Positions 9,070 through 19,047 of a stretch of 64,000 nucleotides of DNA are shown piece after piece (the stretch's first letter is position 1; every line of letters begins with the position of its first letter). The notes under the pieces are model-generated. The model saw nothing but the letters and a program-made list of their open reading frames with translations. It was not told the DNA's origin and ran no database searches. The position numbers and the translations under genes are program-made. This DNA is from Candidatus Latescibacterota bacterium. GTDB lineage: Bacteria > Latescibacterota > UBA2968 > UBA8231. Location: NCBI GenBank assembly GCA_965203175.1, contig OZ241867.1, positions 512,001 through 576,000 on the forward strand, read 5' to 3'.

Positions 9070-9920
9070 GGAATGTCTGGATAGTTCAACGGCATCCCCG
9101 TCTTGCCCAAATCGTATTGCGCTATGTGCCAACGCCCCAAGTTGGCGCTGAGAAAGAGCGACCGATCCGGGCCGCAGAAGGCGATATTGGTCGGGGCCGC
9201 CATGGCAGTGCCTTCGTAATCGTCGGCCAAAATGTCGAGTTGGCCGCTGGCATACTGATAGATGCGGTCCGGGCGATAGCAGGAACAATACAGAGTGCCT
9301 TCGTCGTCGAAAGCAAGACCATCGGGAACAGTCTGCGGAAGTTCGAACACAGTCTCGGCGGCACCGGCGCGGCCGTCGGCCTCGATTTTGATGCGGGCCA
9401 CGCGGGGATTGATGCTCACGGCCACGTAGAGATATTCTCCCGCCGCATCCAGCGCCGTTCCATTGGGAAAATCTGCCAAGGCGCGGCTCCAGACCTCGCC
9501 CTGGCCTCCCGGAGCAATCTTGCAAATCCAACCGTCGTTTTTGTGCCAGCCTCCAGAATTAGACACATACAGGTTGCCAGCCGCGTCAAAGACCGGGTAG
9601 TTGGCCCCGGTCAGCGGCACCTCGCCCGCGCCGTCGCAATACGTGCTGACCGCACCATCCGGCTCGACTCGCTTGACATCGCCGTTACAAACGTACAAGC
9701 GATGCTGAGCATCTTGACAGATACCGCCGACAAAGCCATCGACTTGGGCGAACTCCTCGAATTCGCGCCGGGCCAAGTCAATGCGGTAGATCTGACCCGC
9801 TTCGCCGCCGGCATAGGCATAGCCATCGCAGCCCCAAGCAATGCACTCGGGGTGGTCGAGGCCACTGCCAAAATCGCCGATAATCGCTGAAATTTGGGTG
9901 TGGGTATCGAGAAGAGCCAT
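9066..9920 (-). CDS. SMP-30/gluconolactonase/LRE family beta-propeller
   Basis: GLDHPE, NYPVFDAAGNLYVS, FPNG, PDGLAFD, PTNIAFCG. Start at ATG 9920 after AAGGA. Confidence 0.88.
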   Translation of the reverse strand: MALLDTHTQISAIIGDFGSGLDHPECIAWGCDGYAYAGGEAGQIYRIDLARREFEEFAQVDGFVGGICQDAQHRLYVCNGDVKRVEPDGAVSTYCDGAGEVPLTGANYPVFDAAGNLYVSNSGGWHKNDGWICKIAPGGQGEVWSRALADFPNGTALDAAGEYLYVAVSINPRVARIKIEADGRAGAAETVFELPQTVPDGLAFDDEGTLYCSCYRPDRIYQYASGQLDILADDYEGTAMAAPTNIAFCGPDRSLFLSANLGRWHIAQYDLGKTGMPLNYPDIP

Positions 9921-10056
9921 GGCGTTCCTTTCGCAATAGAGGTACAAGGTCGGCCTCGACGGTAATTCAAAGTCGCCGCGCCGACAAGCCCCTTATTGAC
10001 AGCCGACTACGGGTGCGCTATGGTCTGCTCTCCCAACATTCACCCCACGAGGTCCC

Positions 10057-11197
10057 GTGCAAGCCACTAAAATCGAACGCTTGGAGCCTATCCTCTGGGA
10101 CCGCTGGCTCCTCCTGGAAATCCACTGCGAAGACGGCACCGTCGGCATCGGCGAGGGCGGCGTCCACGGCTGGCAGCGGCCCACCAAGACCATGCTCGAA
10201 ACCATGGCCTCGGCCCTCGTTGGCAAGGATCCCGCCCGCATCGAGCACCACTACCAGTGGCTGTACCGCTCGTCGCACTTTATGGGGTCGGTCGTCCAAG
10301 GAGCGCTCTCGGCCATTGACATCGCCCTCTGGGACATCAAGGGCAAACGCCTCGACGTGCCCATCTACGACCTGATGGGCGGCAAGACCCGCGATAAGGT
10401 CCGCTGTTACATGCACGTCGGCGGCGATTCGCTCGACGCGCTTGTCGCCGATGGCTTGGCCAAGGTGCAGCAGGGCTTTACCGCCCTCCGCTTCTCGCCC
10501 TTCGCGCCCGACTCCCGACTATTACTTGCACAAGTCCTACGCCGAGTGGGCCGACGAAGCCGTGCGCCGCGTCGGTGCGTTGCGCGAAGCCGTTGGCAAT
10601 GGCATCGACCTCTGCGTTGAGATCCACCGCCAGATGAATCCCGCCGAGTCGATTTGGCTCGGCCGCCGCCTCGAACAATTTCACCCGTACTTCTACGAAG
10701 ACCCCATGCTACCCGACAGCCCGGTGATCATGGGCGAAGTCCAAGCCCAGTGCAATATCCCCATCGCCACCGGCGAGCGCTTTTCCAGCATCTTCGAGTA
10801 CCAACAACTCCTCGATGCTAAGGCCACGTCCTACATCCGGCCGGACGTCTGCTTGTGCAGTGGCCTGACCGGATCCAAAAAGGTCGCAGCCATGGCCGAA
10901 GCCCGCCACGTCAAAGTCATTCCCCACAATCCCCTCAGCCCAGTCAGCACGGCCGCCTGCATCCAACTCGACGCCTGCATTCCCAACTTCGCCTTGCAGG
11001 AGTACACCGGCGAAGCCGAGCCACCGAAAAGCGAGCTGTTGGTCGAGCCGTTGCAATTAGAAGAAGGCTACTTGATCGTACCCGAAGGACCCGGCCTCGG
11101 AATCGCCCTCGACGAGGATGCCTTGCGCCGTCACCCCGTCCAAGACAAGATCCTCGACACACCCATCGGCTACGACGGGTCAGTGCAAGACCGCTAA
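10057..11197 (+). pseudogene. Galactonate dehydratase-like enolase-superfamily gene, frameshifted by a 7-bp duplication
   Basis: The N-terminal half (ORF 10057..10620) and C-terminal half (ORF ending 11197) join into a 377-aa protein if one CCCGACT copy at 10507-10520 is removed. Confidence 0.88.
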
Positions 11198-11207
11198 GGA
11201 TAACACC

Positions 11208-12059
11208 ATGGATTTTGCCAAATTAGCAGACGAGCAACGCGAATTCTTCGACGCCAACGGCTATCTCATCATCCCCGACGCGCTCGATCAAGATACCATC
11301 GATCAAGTCGCCACAGCCGCCGACCGCCTGATGGACGACTTCGCCTACGAGGGCTATTACCAGCACCGCCGCGACGGGCTAGTTCAAGACCCCACCCTCG
11401 CCAAGCTGGCCACCGACTCGGCGATCATCCCGCTCGTCATCCAACTCCTCGGCACCCACATCCACATCACCAACACGGCCCTAATCTACAAACACCCCCA
11501 CCCCGTCGACGATCCCGGCGACTGCACTTGGCACCGCGACGTCGGTGTCCACCTCGACTTGGGCCACGTCCATCTCCCGCGCGTTGGCCTCAAGGTCGGT
11601 TACTGCCTCACCGACATGGACGGGCCTCACACCGGTGCCACGCTCTTCGCGCCCGGCAGCAACCGCCTCGCCGAACCTATCGTCATTCCCAAAGACCAGA
11701 TCCACCCCGCAGAATACCTCGAACCTCGCCTCAAAGCCGGCGACGCCTTTCTCTTTGAAAGTCGCATCTACCACGGCGCGGAGATCAACAGCCAGGACCA
11801 CGTCTCCAAAGTCGCGATGTTCGGCTATCACTACTGCTGGGTCCGCCCCGACTACTACCTGCGCTACTACGCCGACGAGGTCCAGCCGAGCGCGGACGTA
11901 GTCGCCAATCTCGACGACGTCGGCCGCCAACTCCTAGGGGCCACCGCCGACGCGCAGGGACGCGAAGCCCCCAACGGCATCGACTGGGCCATCGCCGAAT
12001 GGGCCGCAGAGCACGGCCTGTCTTTGGAAAGAGCACCGCAGCGAATCGACGCGGTATGA
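11208..12059 (+). CDS. PhyH family dioxygenase
   Basis: FFDANGYL, WHRD, PGSN, AGDAFLF...YHG. ATG after AAGGA. Confidence 0.85.
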   Translation: MDFAKLADEQREFFDANGYLIIPDALDQDTIDQVATAADRLMDDFAYEGYYQHRRDGLVQDPTLAKLATDSAIIPLVIQLLGTHIHITNTALIYKHPHPVDDPGDCTWHRDVGVHLDLGHVHLPRVGLKVGYCLTDMDGPHTGATLFAPGSNRLAEPIVIPKDQIHPAEYLEPRLKAGDAFLFESRIYHGAEINSQDHVSKVAMFGYHYCWVRPDYYLRYYADEVQPSADVVANLDDVGRQLLGATADAQGREAPNGIDWAIAEWAAEHGLSLERAPQRIDAV

Positions 12060-13465
12060 GTAGACATCTCTCGCGTTGTATCCTAGCCACCCTCAGCACC
12101 ATTATAGCCTCCATGACCCACGCCCAAGCTGATTCCGACCGCATCCAGCCCTACGCCGCCAATCCGCGCTACTGGCAGTACAACGGCCAGCCCGTGCTCC
12201 TCCTAGGCGGCACGATCAAAGACTGTCTCTTCCAAATACCCGACCTCGAAGCCCATCTCGACCTCCTGCAATCAGTCGGCGGCAACTACGTGCGCAATAC
12301 CATGAGTGACCGCCGCGTCTACGGCTATGAGGTCCCAGCCTTCCACCAAGCGGCCGACGGTCTGTACGACCTCAACCGCTGGAATCCGACGTATTGGCAG
12401 CGCTTCGCCGATTTTTTGCGCTGGACCGCCGAGCGCGATATCATCGTCCAAATAGAAATGTGGGATCGCTTTGACCACAGCCAAGAACATTGGGAAAAGA
12501 GCCCTCTCAATCCAGCCAACAACATCAACTATACCGTCGAGGAATCGGGCCTAGAAACGGACTATCCCGCCCACCCCGGCGGCAACTGGCAACCTTTCTT
12601 CTACACCGTCCCCACCTTGCGCAACAACCAAGTCGTGCTACCCTATCAACAGGCCTTTGTCGATCAAGTTCTCAAGCACTCCCTCCCCTACGACCACGTG
12701 CTCTACTGCATGGATAACGAGACCAGCGGCGACCCGGCGTGGGGCACCTATTGGAACGACTACATCAAGGAGCGGGCGCAGCAAGCGGGCAAGACCGTTG
12801 AAACCACTGAAATGTGGGACGAGTGGGACGTGCGCGGGCAGACCCATCGCGCCACCTTTGATCACCCAGAACAGTATTCTTTCATCGACATCTCGCAGAA
12901 TAGCTGGCAGCGCGAGCAGACCAATTGGGATCGAGCCCAGTGGGTGTGGCAATACATCGCCGCACAGCCCCGGCCGATCAATTCGACCAAGATCTACGGT
13001 GCCCAGACGCATCGGGACCAAAGCCGCGGCATTGACGACCGCCACGCCACCCAGTGCTTTTGGCGCAACCTCATCGGCGGCTTTGCCTCCAGCCGCTTTC
13101 ACCGGCCGGATTCCGGCATCGGGCTAAACCCCCAAGCCCAAGCCCACATTCGCAGCGGTCGCATGCTGTCTGAGGTCTTCGACTTTTTCAACGCCGAGCC
13201 GGATTCCGACAGCGCCCTACTGAGTGACCGCGCAGCCAATGAAGCCTATCTCAGCCGCGTCCCCGGCCGCCAGTACGCGCTCTACTTTACCGATGGCGGT
13301 GCCGTGGGTCTTGACCTGACCGGGACAGAAGGAACCTTCCAAGTCCAATGGCTCGACATTGCCGCCAGCACCTGGACCTCCGCCACCGACTTGGACGGTG
13401 GCGGCGTAGCGCAACTAGCTCCGCCCCAAGGAGGCCCTTGGGTCGCCTTGCTGACGCAGCGCTAA
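12056..13465 (+). CDS. Secreted putative glycoside hydrolase (TIM barrel plus C-terminal beta-sandwich)
   Basis: Signal-like N-terminus, NPRYWQY.GQPVLLLGG, YDLNRWN..YW.RF, MDNET. ATGA overlap with the upstream gene. Confidence 0.6.
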   Translation: MSRHLSRCILATLSTIIASMTHAQADSDRIQPYAANPRYWQYNGQPVLLLGGTIKDCLFQIPDLEAHLDLLQSVGGNYVRNTMSDRRVYGYEVPAFHQAADGLYDLNRWNPTYWQRFADFLRWTAERDIIVQIEMWDRFDHSQEHWEKSPLNPANNINYTVEESGLETDYPAHPGGNWQPFFYTVPTLRNNQVVLPYQQAFVDQVLKHSLPYDHVLYCMDNETSGDPAWGTYWNDYIKERAQQAGKTVETTEMWDEWDVRGQTHRATFDHPEQYSFIDISQNSWQREQTNWDRAQWVWQYIAAQPRPINSTKIYGAQTHRDQSRGIDDRHATQCFWRNLIGGFASSRFHRPDSGIGLNPQAQAHIRSGRMLSEVFDFFNAEPDSDSALLSDRAANEAYLSRVPGRQYALYFTDGGAVGLDLTGTEGTFQVQWLDIAASTWTSATDLDGGGVAQLAPPQGGPWVALLTQR

Positions 13466-13538
13466 GTTATGAATACTATTCTGCGTCCATCTGCGGATAA
13501 TTTTAATGATGTAGGATTGCCATAGCATTGGAGCAACA

Positions 13539-14477
13539 ATGAACCATAGTGACCGCGTCTTCTTCGGCCAGACCGATCTTCAGGTCTCGCGCTTGTGCCA
13601 AGGCACCGCCTTCCGCCACCTGCCCCGCGCCGACAGCCCCCAATCCCTAGCCGTACTCCACCACTGCTTGGACCAAGGCGTCAACTTTTTCGACACAGCA
13701 CAGGCCTACGGTTGGGGCGGGGCCGAGGAGGTGCTGGGACGGGCGGTCGCGGGTCGGCGCAACGAAGTCGTCATCTGCACCAAGGTTCCCGCCTCGCTGG
13801 CCCCCACAAGCGACGGCGACCCCGGCGAGCGCGTCCGCTACACCCGCGATCATCTCACCGACCGCCTCGAAGAAAGCCTCCACCGCCTGCGCACCGATCG
13901 CGTCGATCTCTACCTTTTGCACCACCGCGACAAGGGCACGCCACCGGAGGACATCGCCGAGGTCATGGAGGATTTGGTGCAGGCCGGCAAAACTCGCTAC
14001 TGGGGCGTCTCCAACCATTGCGCCGCCGAAGTCGCAGCCTTCCTCGCCCTAGCCCCCATCGCTGGCGTCGAGGACTACTACAACATCGCCGGCAGCCACT
14101 GCGACGAAACGGGACGCTCGCGAGTGGAGATTTACGAAGAGGAAATGCTGCCCCTGCTGCGGCGCACCGGGCTAGGCTGCCTAGCCTTCAGCCCAATGGA
14201 TACCGGACTCCTAGCCCGCCCCAACGACCCAGCCCTCTCCGCCTTAGTCGCCGCCATCGACCAAGTCGCCGCCGACTTGGACACCTCCCGCGCCACCGTC
14301 TGCGTCGCCTGGGTCCTGCATCAGGGCCTTACCTGCGTACTCGCCGGTGCCGAGAGCGCCGAGCACGTCGACGCCAATCTTCAAGGCACCCGCCTCCAAC
14401 TTCCCGCGGACACCCTCGCCGCCATCGACCAAGCGCGCCGGACCTACCGCGCCAGCCAACAGGAGCAACGCCCGTGA
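13539..14477 (+). CDS. Aldo/keto reductase
   Basis: FFDTAQAYG, ICTKV, LRTDRVDLYLLH, GKTRYWGVSN. Confidence 0.92.
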   Translation: MNHSDRVFFGQTDLQVSRLCQGTAFRHLPRADSPQSLAVLHHCLDQGVNFFDTAQAYGWGGAEEVLGRAVAGRRNEVVICTKVPASLAPTSDGDPGERVRYTRDHLTDRLEESLHRLRTDRVDLYLLHHRDKGTPPEDIAEVMEDLVQAGKTRYWGVSNHCAAEVAAFLALAPIAGVEDYYNIAGSHCDETGRSRVEIYEEEMLPLLRRTGLGCLAFSPMDTGLLARPNDPALSALVAAIDQVAADLDTSRATVCVAWVLHQGLTCVLAGAESAEHVDANLQGTRLQLPADTLAAIDQARRTYRASQQEQRP

Positions 14478-15355
14478 ACATCGTCGACGCCCATATCCAC
14501 GTCTGGACCTCCGACTTCGACCAGTATCCGCTGGCCCCCGGCTTTACGCCCGCCGATCTGTGGCTGCCCTCTTTTACCCCCGACGACCACTTTGCGTACA
14601 GCCGCAAGGTCGGCAAAGTCCGCCTCAACCTAGTACAAATGACCTGGTACGGCCTCGACCATAGCTACATCCTCGACCTAATCGCCTCTGATCCTGAAAC
14701 TTACACGGGCACCGGCATCGTCCCCGGAGTCTCCGACGTGTCGCTGGCCGACCCAGGCAAGACCATGCTCGCCTTGGCCGAGGGAGGCATTCGCGCCTTC
14801 CGCGTGCGCGGCGGTAGTACCGGTCGTCCAACCGCCTTTGGCCGTCAGGATCGCTGGCTCGACTACCCCGGCTACGAATCGATGTTCCGCACCGGAGCCG
14901 AGCACAATCTGGCCCTCAGCTTCCTCATGGGCCTCGCAGACCTGCCCGGCCTAATCCGCCTCTGCCGCCGCTTCCCAGAGACCCCGGTCATCCTCGACCA
15001 TATCTGCGGAGTGCGCATCCGCGACGGCGTCTGGCCCGAAGGCGATATTCGCACCCTCTGCAACATGGCCCGCTATCCGCGCGTCATGGTCAAGCTCGGC
15101 CCGTTCCAAGGCCTCGGCAACGGCGAGGCTCCTTACTTCGACCTCCTGCCCCTCATCGAACGCATCGTCGATGCCTTTGGCCCCGAACGCCTCATGTGGG
15201 AAAGCGACAGCGGCGGGCCCGTCCGCATGAAAGATCCCGCCAATGACTTTGCCGCAGCAATCGCCCTAATCCGCGACCACGCCGACTTCCTCAGCCAAAG
15301 CGACAAGGAGCAGATCCTAGGTAAGACGGCCGAGGACTTCTTCTTTAACCGCTAG
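14474..15355 (+). CDS. Amidohydrolase family protein (lactonase-like)
   Basis: GTGA overlap start, IVDAHIHVW, ILDH, FGPERLMWESD. Confidence 0.85.
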   Translation: MNIVDAHIHVWTSDFDQYPLAPGFTPADLWLPSFTPDDHFAYSRKVGKVRLNLVQMTWYGLDHSYILDLIASDPETYTGTGIVPGVSDVSLADPGKTMLALAEGGIRAFRVRGGSTGRPTAFGRQDRWLDYPGYESMFRTGAEHNLALSFLMGLADLPGLIRLCRRFPETPVILDHICGVRIRDGVWPEGDIRTLCNMARYPRVMVKLGPFQGLGNGEAPYFDLLPLIERIVDAFGPERLMWESDSGGPVRMKDPANDFAAAIALIRDHADFLSQSDKEQILGKTAEDFFFNR

Positions 15356-15367
15356 GAAAGGACCGCC

Positions 15368-16186
15368 ATGGAACTCACCGACGCCCATCTCGACGAATTA
15401 GAACAACGAGGTTTTATCATCTTGCCCGGCTTCCGCCACGGCGAGGAGCTAAAAGCAATGCAGCAAGCCCAGCGCCGCGTCTTGCCATCGTGGGATGAAG
15501 TAAAAGACGACCCGCCCCCTGGCCGCGCCATGCTCACCGAATTCCCACCCCCCGAAATGGCGCTGCTGCGCGGCATCGTCCACCATCAAGCCTGGGCCTT
15601 CGCTAGGAAGTGGTTTGGCAGCGAGCATATCCACTTCCGCGCCGGTTGCATGATCGCCCGCTATCCAGGCTTCAAAGGCGGCGGTACCGGCTCGGACGCC
15701 TCCGCGCTGCATCTCGACAACGGCAACAACTCGCTGCTGCCGCCCTCCGACTCAGCCCGCGCCTTCGGCCAACTCGGCTTCTGGCACCACCTCGAAGCAG
15801 TCGGCGAGGACCAGGCACCGCTGCGATTGATCCCCAAAGAACACGGCCGCGATATGAGCAAAGCCGTGCCGCTCGTCTGCGAAGCCGGCACCCTCTGCGT
15901 CTTCACCAATTACACCATGCACTCCGCCAGCGACTATCTGCGCGCCGATGGCCAGCGCTACACCTGGGGTTTTGGCCTCGGCCGCGCCGACCACTACTGG
16001 GAGGGTTTTCGCCATTACACCGACAAGGGCCAAAACCCGATCTTCCGCGAATTCATCGGCACCCTCACCGCCGCAGAAAGGGAAGTTTTCCGCTTCCCGC
16101 CCGCCGGCCACGCCTATTACACACCGCAAACCCTCGCCGCCCTCGAAGAACAGTACCCCGGCTGGAACGCCCGCAATGAATACTAA
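15368..16186 (+). CDS. PhyH family dioxygenase
   Basis: LEQRGFIIL, LHLD, AGTLCVF...MHSAS. Confidence 0.75.
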   Translation: MELTDAHLDELEQRGFIILPGFRHGEELKAMQQAQRRVLPSWDEVKDDPPPGRAMLTEFPPPEMALLRGIVHHQAWAFARKWFGSEHIHFRAGCMIARYPGFKGGGTGSDASALHLDNGNNSLLPPSDSARAFGQLGFWHHLEAVGEDQAPLRLIPKEHGRDMSKAVPLVCEAGTLCVFTNYTMHSASDYLRADGQRYTWGFGLGRADHYWEGFRHYTDKGQNPIFREFIGTLTAAEREVFRFPPAGHAYYTPQTLAALEEQYPGWNARNEY

Positions 16187-16277
16187 CTCGGCGGAGGATC
16201 TGCCTTGATGCGCCCTCCTCCATTCCGTACACTCCCCCGCAACTAGCCCATTTTACCTTCTCAAAGGAGTCTCCATC

Positions 16278-17084
16278 GTGAAAATCGGCCTCTACGCCTC
16301 CATGTTCGGCAAAGACGATCCGCCCACCCTGCAAAGCATCGAAAGTTACATCGATCACGCCTACGACCTCCGTCTCGACTTAATCGACTTCCGCCGCGAC
16401 CGCGGCTTTAGCTCCGAAGACGCCGACTACCTCATCAAGACCAAACTCGCCTGCATCGAAAAGGGCCTTGCCATCGGCTATTTAGCTTCCGGTGGACACT
16501 TCGTCGGCAGCGACGAGGACCTGCGCGACAAGGTCGCCACTGCCAAGGCCGATATGGACATCGCGCTGATTTTGGGTGCGCCCATGATCCGCCTGTTCTG
16601 CGGCCAGCCCCTCACCGAACCAAAGGAGCGCGCCCGCGAAATCCGCTGCTTTCAAGAGGTCGCCGACTACGGCCTCGAAGTAGGCATCGCCATGGGCCTG
16701 CAGAACCATCCCTCCACTGGCGACGACGTCATACGCATCATCGAGGAAACCGACCGGCCCAACTTTAGCTTCCTGCTCGACACCGGCCAGTGGTGCGGCT
16801 CGCCGGCCCGCAACCAAGGCATTCCCGACCCGGACCACGACATCTACGCCTACATGCAGCAGACCGCCCATCTGGCCACCCACGTCCGCGCCAAGTTCTA
16901 CAAGATCGACAGCGGCAAGGAGGAGTGGATCGACTACGAGCGCATCGTCCCCATCCTCGCCGAGGCCGGGTACAACGGGCCGCTCTCCGTCGTCTTTGAA
17001 GGCCAAGACATCAACGATTGCGACGACAAAGAGGTCATGCGTTTGGCGGCCGCACAACTGCGGGATTTGGCCTCCCGGCTCTAA
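16278..17084 (+). CDS. Sugar phosphate isomerase/epimerase (xylose isomerase-like TIM barrel)
   Basis: LGAPMIRLF, LQNH, LDTG, HVRAK, IDYERI...GYNG.LSVVFEG. AAGGAG RBS. Confidence 0.85.
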   Translation: MKIGLYASMFGKDDPPTLQSIESYIDHAYDLRLDLIDFRRDRGFSSEDADYLIKTKLACIEKGLAIGYLASGGHFVGSDEDLRDKVATAKADMDIALILGAPMIRLFCGQPLTEPKERAREIRCFQEVADYGLEVGIAMGLQNHPSTGDDVIRIIEETDRPNFSFLLDTGQWCGSPARNQGIPDPDHDIYAYMQQTAHLATHVRAKFYKIDSGKEEWIDYERIVPILAEAGYNGPLSVVFEGQDINDCDDKEVMRLAAAQLRDLASRL

Positions 17085-17097
17085 TGGAGACTGCGCC

Positions 17098-18318
17098 ATG
17101 CGCGTCAACCGGGATCAATTCTTAGAACAAGGCTACGTAATCCTGCGCCACTGCATCCCACCGGAGATGCTGGATGCGGTGCGTACGGCCTGCGAAAAAA
17201 TGGTCGATCGCCAGCGGGTAATCTGGTCCCGCGAGCGAGCACCCGATGCGCCCGCTGGCGGCGTCTGGGAAACTGCTGCCCAACCTCGGCTGCACCTGCA
17301 AACCATGCAGGACCAAATCGATGCGGAGACCGCCCTGTCGATAGAAATCTGGCTCCACGAAAACTTGCAGGGAGCCAGCAGCGAGTTGCTGGGGTTAAAG
17401 GACGCCGCGGTTACCGAGATGATGATGATGTGCAATCCGGTCCGCGACCACGGCCCGGCCAAGTGGCACCGCGACTTCTATCCGCCTTACTGCGCCCCAC
17501 TCCAAGGCTACGTCGACGACATCCTCGAAAACGGCCCGCGCTATGTGCAGTGGAATATCCCGCTCTACGACGACGACGTGCTGTGGGTCGTGCCCAAAAG
17601 CCACATCCGCCGCAACACCGAGGAGGAAAATCGCCAACTTACCAAAAACAACCGCGTCCCGCTCGCCAGCGGAGTGCAAACTCACCTCAATGCCGGCGAC
17701 GGCGTGGCCTACATCCTGCCGATCCTACACTGGGGCAGCAACTACAGCACCAAGCTGCGCCGCACCATCCACGGCGGCTTTTCCGACTTCACCCACTACC
17801 CGGACCTCAGCTACCTCGAATATCTCTCGCCAGCGGCCCAAACCACCTTCACTCGCTGGGATCAACACAGCCACCAGAAATTGGGCCAAACCGAGGCCGC
17901 GCTCCGTGCAGCCTTGCAAAAGGACGGCGCGGCCTACTGCGCCGCGCTCGACATCCTGCATCCAAGCCGCGGCCCCAAGGGCCAGTTGCAATCGACACTG
18001 TTTTTGAGCAAAGTCGCACGCCGCATCAACCACCTCAAACGCCCCGATTTTGCCGCGCTTCCCGCCCAAGACCAACGCTACGCCACCAGCATGCACCCGA
18101 TGACCTTGCAGTGGGGGCAACGCATCGCCGACCGCTTTTCAGCAGCGGAAGCCGCCGCGCTGTGGGCGCGATTCAAGCCCGTGGACGACGCCCTCCAGGC
18201 CCCGGAGTTGCAATGGGGCCCCGGTTTCCAAGGCGAGGATACCCATTACTACCTCAACGATGTGCCCGCCGACCTCAGCGTCGAACGCTTTATAGCCGAT
18301 TGGGATCAAAAAGCGTAG
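17098..18318 (+). CDS. PhyH family dioxygenase with long C-terminal extension
   Basis: FLEQGYVIL, WHRD, QWNIPLYDD, VPKSH, LHWG. Start at ATG 17098 after GGAG. Confidence 0.8.
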   Translation: MRVNRDQFLEQGYVILRHCIPPEMLDAVRTACEKMVDRQRVIWSRERAPDAPAGGVWETAAQPRLHLQTMQDQIDAETALSIEIWLHENLQGASSELLGLKDAAVTEMMMMCNPVRDHGPAKWHRDFYPPYCAPLQGYVDDILENGPRYVQWNIPLYDDDVLWVVPKSHIRRNTEEENRQLTKNNRVPLASGVQTHLNAGDGVAYILPILHWGSNYSTKLRRTIHGGFSDFTHYPDLSYLEYLSPAAQTTFTRWDQHSHQKLGQTEAALRAALQKDGAAYCAALDILHPSRGPKGQLQSTLFLSKVARRINHLKRPDFAALPAQDQRYATSMHPMTLQWGQRIADRFSAAEAAALWARFKPVDDALQAPELQWGPGFQGEDTHYYLNDVPADLSVERFIADWDQKA

Positions 18319-18944
18319 CTCAGCGCCACGCTGGGCGTACCCGTCCGCGCTGCCGCTTGCAGTTTGAGCCGCTTGCCGTACTTATACCGCACCCGATCGC
18401 GTTTGGTCTCAATTACTTGGATGCCGTGCAAGAAGTCGTATATCATACTGCCGGCGATGGTAATCACTCCCAACGCAACCAGCGGTACGCCTATCCCGCG
18501 ATCGCGATGGAACTCCTGCAGGCGGTACTTGGGCGTCTCGCCTTCTAGCGAAACGGGAATCTTCTCATAGCGGCGCTCGTTGTCTTTCCCGGCGTTGAGC
18601 ACCAAGACGTCAAAATCCGTATCTGGGAAATCGCCCTCGTTCTCCCCAAGCGCCGCCCCAGCGACAATCGCGGCGACACCCGCAAGACTCGTGGCCAAAA
18701 GCCACTTCCCGGTCGTAGGTTCCCCGGCGTAAAAGTGCATCATACCCGGCACCGGAATCGCGCTCCGCATCAATCCGGTGGAGATGCGGCGGTTCATGTC
18801 CTGGTACTCTTCATAGGTCATGTCCTGCGGTATGGGCATTAGCGGTGCCTCGTTCAGCACATCGCCTGTTCCCTGCGCTACAGCCAACGACGGCACGACG
18901 AGTGCCAGCACAAGCGTCACTATCCCTAGCGCGTATTTTCTCAT
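18306..18944 (-). CDS. Exported/membrane hypothetical protein (DUF5683/P13-like)
   Basis: Signal peptide (AVA-Q), PGMMHFYAGE motif, two hydrophobic segments, C-terminal Phe. GGAGG RBS. Confidence 0.6.
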   Translation of the reverse strand: MRKYALGIVTLVLALVVPSLAVAQGTGDVLNEAPLMPIPQDMTYEEYQDMNRRISTGLMRSAIPVPGMMHFYAGEPTTGKWLLATSLAGVAAIVAGAALGENEGDFPDTDFDVLVLNAGKDNERRYEKIPVSLEGETPKYRLQEFHRDRGIGVPLVALGVITIAGSMIYDFLHGIQVIETKRDRVRYKYGKRLKLQAAARTGTPSVALSYAF

Positions 18945-18962
18945 AGTTAATCCTCCTGTCTT

Positions 18963-18986
18963 AGTAGTGATCGAAGTAGTGATCGA
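18963..18986. repeat. Tandem 12-bp repeat AGTAGTGATCGA x2
   Basis: Read directly from the sequence. Confidence 0.9.
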
Positions 18987-19047
18987 AATGGCCGTACAGC
19001 CTGCTCTTGGTTGTCAGCCAGCACCTACTACTCCATTACAAGGTAGA

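Noticed and set aside
10442-10620. Programmed ribosomal frameshift or two separate genes
   Set aside because: No slippery heptamer is present. An exact 7-bp duplication explains the break.
13595-14473. N-terminal extension of the amidohydrolase ORF (586 aa)
   Set aside because: Shadow frame of the aldo/keto reductase. The real start is GTG 14474.
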